12,332 nucleotides of DNA from an uncultured archaeon (GTDB lineage Archaea > Asgardarchaeota > Lokiarchaeia > Sigyniarchaeales > Promethearchaeaceae). Below are positions 6,278-12,332 of the stretch, in pieces. The translations under genes and the position numbers were made by a program. Within the stretch, counting starts at the first letter, position 1, and the number at the start of each line of letters is the position of its first letter. The notes below the pieces were generated by a model that made no database searches, was not told the DNA's origin, and was given only the letters and a program-made list of their open reading frames with translations. The stretch lies in NCBI GenBank assembly GCA_964426185.1, contig CAYRPF010000037.1:6715-19046 (forward strand), given 5' to 3'.

Positions 6278-7650
6278 AAAGTTCTATCCAACTCTTGCCA
6301 TAACGACTTCATAGATTGATTTAATTCCGTAAATTCTTGTTTACTTAGCGAATTGAGTAATTCGTTTATTAAAATTCTGAACTCATCATGAGTATTCATC
6401 CACGAAAGGTTGATTTTCTTAGATTCTTGCATAATGTGAAGTAAAGATTTTTTATTCTTTTTCAGAAGATTTCCCATTTTTTCACATGTTTCCAAGATCA
6501 TGGAATCATTTCGATGTAATTCAAAGCTATTCATGATTATCTGGCGCATTTTTTCGATGATCAAATTCATAAATTTCCACAAGTTACACTTTTCTGGAAT
6601 TAATAATTCATCTGCTAATCGGGCAGTTGCCAAATCGGGAATTTGTTCCCATACATGTGCATAACGCTCAATTGTGGGATAGATTATTCGATTAATTTCT
6701 AAAGATAACCGCCCGTGAATAATTTTAACAGGTTGATGACGAATTTTCGCAGAAATGTTCATCAACGATTGGTTTTCACAAAATTTTAATCGAGAATAAT
6801 GAATATAACGATCAGGTGTATTTAAACATGGAAGTATAGATGCACCAGTTTTTCTATGCAAATTTACTACACTTTGGGGTGTATTAATGAGATATGGAAA
6901 TCTTTCCGGCCACATAGGAACTCGTAGTTGACGTGGTGTTCCAAAATCGTAATAAATCACCACAATATGATTCTGACGTAAGTGATTAACGAGATATTTG
7001 GATATTTTGCTAAATGATGTGCTAGCATATAGAAAAATATGATCATAACCAACACGATTAGTAAATTGGTATGTAATTAGATGTGGAGTATATATCACTG
7101 TTGCAACAGGAATTCTTTCTGGAAGCTTTGAAAATGCATAAATTACATGAACAAGTTGCCCTAAGTGAGTTGTAGGAACTATAACACCTTTTCTCTTCTC
7201 CAATTCACGGTATAGCAAATCCAAATGTTCAAATTTAATGAACTGTTTTATAGGTAAATCGATATTTTTAGGTAAACCATTCATGAAATCAAAGAAAAGC
7301 TTTCCCAAATAGGCACAATGAGCAAAATAAAATCGCCTCAGCATTTGGTTTAATTTAATATTTGGATATAAAACTCGAAATGCAGATTCCACTTTGAATC
7401 GATTGCTTTTTGAGAATCCAAGGAAAATCTGTCCTAAAGCACCAGCTATACCTTCACGCAAAGGGAGAGGGAGTAAATTGAAAAGAACGTATAATCTAAG
7501 TTTCATCCATTTCCGTAAGAACCAAAAAACATAACCCATTGAATCGATCCAGCTAGTGCCTGCGTGGACAGGTGGAAATTCAGCACTATCTGGGGAATTT
7601 TTGTCAGTTTTACTTCTTTTCTTTCTATCTGCATAAAAAACTTTGGTCAT
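6232..7650 (-). CDS. LpxL/HtrB/PatA-like (LPLAT superfamily) acyltransferase homologue with non-canonical active site and C-terminal extension
   Basis: N-terminal membrane segment (LLPLPLREGIAGALG...NR...AF...YP); FEHLDLLYRELEKRKGVIVPTTHLG matches the EGLE.L......GKGVI+...H+G block; LRQNHIVVIYYD matches L+.G..V.+..D; HRKTGASILP matches A.+TGA.++P; EINRII...IERY...W matches N..+E..I...P.QW. Confidence 0.8.
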   Translation of the reverse strand: MTKVFYADRKKRSKTDKNSPDSAEFPPVHAGTSWIDSMGYVFWFLRKWMKLRLYVLFNLLPLPLREGIAGALGQIFLGFSKSNRFKVESAFRVLYPNIKLNQMLRRFYFAHCAYLGKLFFDFMNGLPKNIDLPIKQFIKFEHLDLLYRELEKRKGVIVPTTHLGQLVHVIYAFSKLPERIPVATVIYTPHLITYQFTNRVGYDHIFLYASTSFSKISKYLVNHLRQNHIVVIYYDFGTPRQLRVPMWPERFPYLINTPQSVVNLHRKTGASILPCLNTPDRYIHYSRLKFCENQSLMNISAKIRHQPVKIIHGRLSLEINRIIYPTIERYAHVWEQIPDLATARLADELLIPEKCNLWKFMNLIIEKMRQIIMNSFELHRNDSMILETCEKMGNLLKKNKKSLLHIMQESKKINLSWMNTHDEFRILINELLNSLSKQEFTELNQSMKSLWQELDRTFYDPSASSNSSNSSF

Positions 7651-8963
7651 TATTCATCAGCATTATCATCATACCCTTCATCATATTCTTCTTTATCCAC
7701 TTCTTCTTCAATGAAATCTTCTTCTTTCAAATCCTTTTCCTCGAAATTTTCTGAAACAAATTCTTCATCTGATTCGTCTTTTAATTTCTCTACTTCATCT
7801 TCTACAGGAATCGATCCAGTCCATTCTAAATGCTCCAATTCAAAATTAACCCTCTGATCTTCCAAAATTTCCAATTCACGTTCTTTCTGGATATATTTTT
7901 GCTTATCTTCTTCATCTAATTCGCTTAATTCTTCCATTTCTTCTTGACGACGGCGAATTTCGATAATTTTCTCCTTATCATAAATTTCATCAATACGTAG
8001 CTGTCCTGTTCGGATAATTTCTGCGTTTTGAAGTATTTTTTGAAGTGCTTCTGCAAAATCCGCAATTGATTCCTCTATCTCTCCCAATTCATCTTCAATC
8101 TCCAGTGGATTATAACCTAAAGCCAAGTTAAACACGAATTTTTGATCACCCACATCTAAGCTAAATTGTTCAGTGTGAATTTCATAGCGCCCTATTTGAT
8201 AGGATGGGATCTCTTCCATATCATCGAGTGAATCAAGATATTTAGCTATATGCTTATCAATAAATTCGTTCAATTTTGAAGATTCGAAATAAGAACCAAT
8301 TTCATAATTTTCGACAAATAACATTCCGAATACCAAATTATTCTCCCAGCAAAATGATTCAATTGCATCACAGAGGGTTTCATATATAGTTGCATTCCCC
8401 AGTAGCGGTTGGGAAAAGGCGGAAATTACCGACATCGGTTTAAATATCGATGTATGAAACACTGTTGGAGTGATATGGGAATTTTGAATTTGAGGAAGCA
8501 TTTGAGAAAGAAACCGATCTTCCACTTCAGGAAAAAACACTGGTCCCTCATAATTTGGGTCAATTTTATGAAAGAAGAGAAATACTTGAAAATTCTGGCT
8601 GAAATCAAGGCAATTTTGAAAAATCTGCACGAAATATTCTATGCTTTCATCAATACGATCACTATCTTGTGCATCAACAACATAGTAAAGATAGCGAATT
8701 CCTTGAAAATACATCATAGGATTGGCCAAATAGGAATTTCGATAAGTAACTTGGCCTCCAAAATCCCATATAAGTAATTCTCTGCCGAAAAAGTCGATGC
8801 TAGTTCGGTCTACTCCTGTAGTTGGCAGTATAGAAGTAAATGCATCAAATTCACTCAGAAGTGTCTTTACAATTGAAGTTTTTCCTGCGTTTCCAAGTCC
8901 GAAAAGGGCAATCTTAGAAGGAAGCTCACGGGGTTTAGGATTAATAACCATAATTGAAACCAT
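7650..8963 (-). CDS. Rag/Arf-like small GTPase with a C-terminal roadblock/longin-like domain, a charged helical region and an acidic tail (eukaryotic signature protein type)
   Basis: G1 GLGNAGKT (22-29), G2 PTTG, G3 WDFGGQ, G4 HKID (132-135), G5 TSI (171-173). HKxD and TSI are Rag/Gtr-type signatures. About 260 further residues follow, and 28 of the last 50 are D/E. Confidence 0.9.
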   Translation of the reverse strand: MVSIMVINPKPRELPSKIALFGLGNAGKTSIVKTLLSEFDAFTSILPTTGVDRTSIDFFGRELLIWDFGGQVTYRNSYLANPMMYFQGIRYLYYVVDAQDSDRIDESIEYFVQIFQNCLDFSQNFQVFLFFHKIDPNYEGPVFFPEVEDRFLSQMLPQIQNSHITPTVFHTSIFKPMSVISAFSQPLLGNATIYETLCDAIESFCWENNLVFGMLFVENYEIGSYFESSKLNEFIDKHIAKYLDSLDDMEEIPSYQIGRYEIHTEQFSLDVGDQKFVFNLALGYNPLEIEDELGEIEESIADFAEALQKILQNAEIIRTGQLRIDEIYDKEKIIEIRRRQEEMEELSELDEEDKQKYIQKERELEILEDQRVNFELEHLEWTGSIPVEDEVEKLKDESDEEFVSENFEEKDLKEEDFIEEEVDKEEYDEGYDDNADE

Positions 8964-9067
8964 CTTAACATCGAAAATTTTTTTATTCCGTATGAAATAA
9001 TATTAATCTCATTTTCTTAAATAATTTCAGCTTGATATTAACCCACTCAATTCCCGAGATCTGCAGA

Positions 9068-9075
9068 TTTTTATA
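9068..9075 (+). promoter_or_regulatory. TATA box of the methyltransferase gene (probably leaderless)
   Basis: TTTTTATA ends 23 nt before ATG 9099. Confidence 0.5.
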
Positions 9076-9098
9076 CTGAGAATTTTTTAGTTTAACAA

Positions 9099-9875
9099 AT
9101 GAACACTGAGGATCCCAAAAGAAGATTTAGCCCGCGTGTATCAAATTATCAAAAATACCGCCCAAATTATCCGAAAGAGGTAATTAAAGAATTTTTAAAT
9201 TATCTTCCGAAAAAAAAAAGAAGTGTGGTGGCCGATATTGGTTCTGGCACAGGAATTTTTACCAAACGGTTACTTGACCAAGGGATGAAGGTTTACGGTG
9301 TAGAACCAAATGATGATATGCGAAGAGCTGCAGAAGATTTTCTAAAAAACTATCCAAATTTTCACAGCGTAAAAGGAAGTGCAGAAAAAACAACTCTTCC
9401 AGATGAATCGGTTGATGTGGTCACCGCTGCTCAAGCTTTTCATTGGTTTAATCCAGAACCAACATTGAAGGAATTTCAGAGAATTCTGCGACCAGAAGGC
9501 ATGGTTGCTTTTGTGTGGAATGAGCGAGATCTTGAAGCTGATGATTTTATGAAAGAATATAATCAAATCTTATTGGATTTTTGTCCAAAATATAAAAATT
9601 CTCCCCATCTTCATATTACTAAAGATCAAATACTTGATTTCATTGAAGAAATTACGCTGGATGAGTTCCATTTTTCCAATGAACAAGAGTTCGACCAATC
9701 AGGATTCATCGGTCGAGTGTTATCTTCATCCTATACTCCATTACCCAGAACTCCTGAATATGTTCCGTTTATAACAGCACTTAATGAATTATTTGATAAG
9801 CATCAGCAAAATGGAAAAGTGCATATCTCTTATAATACAAATATGTATCTCGGGCATGTGCATCTTCACTTTTAA
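9099..9875 (+). CDS. Class I SAM-dependent methyltransferase
   Basis: Y.KYRPNYP, VADIGSGTG (motif I), GVEPNDDM, GSAE.T.LPDESVD, AAQAFHWF and RILRPEG. Confidence 0.93.
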   Translation: MNTEDPKRRFSPRVSNYQKYRPNYPKEVIKEFLNYLPKKKRSVVADIGSGTGIFTKRLLDQGMKVYGVEPNDDMRRAAEDFLKNYPNFHSVKGSAEKTTLPDESVDVVTAAQAFHWFNPEPTLKEFQRILRPEGMVAFVWNERDLEADDFMKEYNQILLDFCPKYKNSPHLHITKDQILDFIEEITLDEFHFSNEQEFDQSGFIGRVLSSSYTPLPRTPEYVPFITALNELFDKHQQNGKVHISYNTNMYLGHVHLHF

Positions 9876-9887
9876 CTTTTATTTCAG

Positions 9888-9896
9888 TTTTTTTTT
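9888..9896 (+). terminator. Oligo-T (T9) terminator-like tract
   Basis: A T9 run 12 nt after the methyltransferase stop codon. Confidence 0.5.
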
Positions 9897-9955
9897 GAAA
9901 TTCGCGTGTGATAAAGCAGAATTTTCAAAAATAATTCGCGTTTAGTTAACATACA

Positions 9956-11035
9956 ATGAGTGATGATAATTTTCTAAATCTCAAATTTTTACAAAATTTA
10001 GTCAATACGCCTTCTCCTACTGGGGCGGAAGAACCTGCTCAAAAATTATTCCGAGAATATTTGAAAGACGTTGCAGATGAATTTCACACCGATGTACTTG
10101 GAAATGTCGACGCTATTTTAAATCCGAATGGAACCCCTAAAATAATGCTAATGGCACATATAGATGAAGTGGGTTTACAAGTTCGGTATATTTCGGATAA
10201 GGGTTTCATCTATTTCAATCAATTAGGTGGTTTAGATGCCCATCTTCTCCCAAGCAAACGGGTAACAATTATAACAAAATCCGGCGCACATATTTTGGGT
10301 GTTATTGGAAAGAAGGCAATTCATTTGCAGGAACCTGATGAACGAAAGAAGGTAATTAAGCTAAAAGATCAATATATTGATATCGGAGCACGATCAAGAG
10401 AAGAAGTTGAAAAATTGGGAATAAATATCGGGGATCCTGTAGTTTTTAAAGATAAGTTCTCTTATTTGGGAAACAATGGAGATATTGTAAGCCGTTGTTT
10501 TGACGATAAAGTCGGAGTGTTTATCATTGCTGAAGTACTCCGACATTTAAAACAAGAATCCATTTCTGCAGCAATTCATGCAGTTTCCAGTGTTCAAGAA
10601 GAAATAGGAACCCGTGGAGCTATTGTTTCCTCCTTTCATGTTAATCCAGATGTGGGTATTGCTTTTGATGTAACTCATACAAGTGATACTCCTGATGTGA
10701 AAGAAGTGAATATTGGGATTAAGAAACTCGGAGAAGGCCCAGTTGTCGTGAGGGGTCCGAATATCAATCCAAAACTGTTTTCACTAATGGTAAACACAGC
10801 CGAAGAGCTTGAAATTCCACTCCAAATTAGTGCTGCGTCCAGACCAACTGGAACTGATGCCCGATCCATTCAAATGACTCGTAACGGTGTTGCTACCGGA
10901 TTAATTGGTATCCCCAATCGATTCATGCATTCTATGAGCGAAATCGTTAATTTAAAGGATGTTGAAGCCATCGTGCAACTAACTGTAGCCGTTATTAAGA
11001 AAATAACTAATACTACTTCTTTTATACCCGAATAG
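9956..11035 (+). CDS. M42 family (TET-like) metallo-aminopeptidase, copy 1
   Basis: SPTGAE, AHIDE, IDIGA, FDDK, QEEIG.RGA, FDVT, GTDA and MHS: the full set of metal ligands and the catalytic Glu. Confidence 0.95.
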   Translation: MSDDNFLNLKFLQNLVNTPSPTGAEEPAQKLFREYLKDVADEFHTDVLGNVDAILNPNGTPKIMLMAHIDEVGLQVRYISDKGFIYFNQLGGLDAHLLPSKRVTIITKSGAHILGVIGKKAIHLQEPDERKKVIKLKDQYIDIGARSREEVEKLGINIGDPVVFKDKFSYLGNNGDIVSRCFDDKVGVFIIAEVLRHLKQESISAAIHAVSSVQEEIGTRGAIVSSFHVNPDVGIAFDVTHTSDTPDVKEVNIGIKKLGEGPVVVRGPNINPKLFSLMVNTAEELEIPLQISAASRPTGTDARSIQMTRNGVATGLIGIPNRFMHSMSEIVNLKDVEAIVQLTVAVIKKITNTTSFIPE

Positions 11036-11053
11036 TATAGGTGTAATCATATT

Positions 11054-12121
11054 ATGAAAATTGAAAGAAAAATCGACGAGCAATTCCTTGAACAATTGGT
11101 AAACACACCAGGTCTTTCGGGTTATGAACAAAAGGTCCAACGCTTATTTCGGAAAAAAATTCGACCGTTTGTGCAAAACTTGGAAACTGATGTAATGGGA
11201 AATGTGTTCGCTACCCTAAATCCATCTGGTTCCCCAAAAATAATGCTTGCGGCGCATTGTGATGAAACAGGAATGATGGTGAAATACATTTCTAAAGAAG
11301 GATTCATTTATTTTCACTCGATTGGTTTAGATGCACACCTGATTCCCGGTTCCAGAGTACAGATCTTAACTAAGAATGGCCCGATTCTAGGAATTGTGGG
11401 AAAAAAAGCTATTCATTTACAAGATTCCGACGAGCGGTCGAATATAATACCTATAAAAGATCAATACATTGATATTGGTGCGCGTTCACGCGCTGAATCG
11501 GAGAATTTGGGAATAAAGATTGGCGATCCTATCTTATTTGATTATTATTATTCTCAATTGGGTGCAAACGGAGATGTGACTGGTCGATGTTTTGATGACA
11601 GAATTGGTGTTTTAATTATTTATGAAATCTTAAAGCGATTGGCTCAAGATCCACCAAAAGCTCAAGTTGTGGGTGTTTCAACTACCCAAGAAGAAGTTGG
11701 GTTGCGGGGTGCAACGACTGCGGCATATAAAGTAGAACCAGACATTAGTTTAGTTTATGATGTTGATTTTTCTATGGATAGCCCTGATTCTGATGAGAAA
11801 GGGCACGGAATCGCAAAATTAGGTGAAGGACCAATTATATCAATCGGACCGATGGATCATAAGGTAGTTGATCTGCTAATCGAAACAGCTGCTGACTTAA
11901 AAATTCCAATTCAACGTATCGCCGAACCACGTAATTCAGGAACAGATGGTGACGTAATTCAAATTACCAAATCGGGTGTTGCCATTGGAGTAATTGGTAT
12001 TCCATGTCGAAATATGCATAGTTATTCCGAAATAGTTAATCTGAATGATGTAGAAGCAATTATCAAGCTATCGGTAGAATTTATCAAGCGAATTGAGCCT
12101 AATTTCAAGAATTTACCATAA
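11054..12121 (+). CDS. M42 family (TET-like) metallo-aminopeptidase, copy 2
   Basis: GLSGYE, AHCDE, IDIGA, FDDR, QEEVGLRGA, YDVD, GTDG and MHS. It starts 18 nt after copy 1, with an SD-like AGGTG at 11039-11043. Confidence 0.95.
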   Translation: MKIERKIDEQFLEQLVNTPGLSGYEQKVQRLFRKKIRPFVQNLETDVMGNVFATLNPSGSPKIMLAAHCDETGMMVKYISKEGFIYFHSIGLDAHLIPGSRVQILTKNGPILGIVGKKAIHLQDSDERSNIIPIKDQYIDIGARSRAESENLGIKIGDPILFDYYYSQLGANGDVTGRCFDDRIGVLIIYEILKRLAQDPPKAQVVGVSTTQEEVGLRGATTAAYKVEPDISLVYDVDFSMDSPDSDEKGHGIAKLGEGPIISIGPMDHKVVDLLIETAADLKIPIQRIAEPRNSGTDGDVIQITKSGVAIGVIGIPCRNMHSYSEIVNLNDVEAIIKLSVEFIKRIEPNFKNLP

Positions 12122-12140
12122 TTTTCCTTTAATTTTTTTT
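12122..12140 (+). terminator. T-rich terminator-like tract after the M42 pair
   Basis: TTTTCCTTTAATTTTTTTT directly after the stop codon. Confidence 0.45.
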
Positions 12141-12146
12141 GTCATC

Positions 12147-12332
12147 CTAAAAGTACTTATTAATTATTTTTTCTTGAAAATAACTGAAAATGGAAAGATT
12201 TCCCGACCAATGAGGTAAAATTTCTTGGAATTCAGCTGAAAATTCTTCATAAATTTCTTGTAGCACATTTCGAACGCGTCTGGAACTAACGTATCTGTAA
12301 GTTGAAGCAACCAAAAAAAGAGGAAAGGGTTT
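12147..12332 (-). CDS. 3' end of a gene entering from the right edge; possible longin-like domain
   Basis: Not in the ORF track. The open frame reads KPFPLFLVASTYRYVSSRRVRNVLQEIYEEFSAEFQEILPHWSGNLSIFSYFQEKIINKYF* (TAG 12149-12147). Its strand, L..I...F...F helix and W.GN+..F..F...I pattern resemble the longin-fold C-terminus. Confidence 0.65.
   Translation of the reverse strand, partial: KPFPLFLVASTYRYVSSRRVRNVLQEIYEEFSAEFQEILPHWSGNLSIFSYFQEKIINKYF

Noticed and set aside
9059-9068. Palindrome ATCTGCAGAT next to the methyltransferase TATA box
   Set aside because: A single 10-bp palindrome is expected by chance in 12 kb, and there is no second copy or adjacent regulator to support it.
2225-11307. 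Short antisense ORFs (2225-2479, 7564-7857, 7572-7754, 8409-8777, 8797-9000, 9342-9566, 10675-10869, 11122-11307) and the out-of-frame ORF 8426-8608
   Set aside because: They are shadows of well-supported genes, with composition explained by the overlapping real gene (e.g. Ser/Phe-rich opposite the acidic tail).

Overview
AT-rich archaeal window, most likely an Asgard archaeon (Lokiarchaeia-like). This is inferred from an archaeal Pus10, a Rag/Arf-like small GTPase, a probable longin-like C-terminus and TATA-box promoters that appear leaderless. Contents in order: (1) the 5' end of a ThiF/MoeB/UbaA E1-like gene, missed by the ORF track; (2) divergent pus10 followed by a degenerate ZIP-like membrane protein; (3) an RHH regulator divergent from a crotonase, with a palindrome between them; (4) a decayed patch with an esterase 3' remnant, a palindrome-rich junction and a transposase-like fragment; (5) a TtuA/NcsA tRNA thiolase; (6) a translationally coupled pair of a Rag/Arf-like GTPase with an acidic tail and an LpxL/PatA-like acyltransferase with a non-canonical active site; (7) a SAM methyltransferase; (8) two tandem M42 (TET) peptidases; (9) the 3' end of a probable longin-like gene. 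The GTPase-acyltransferase pair is the best candidate for an undescribed system. All family calls come from reading motifs by eye; no searches were run.
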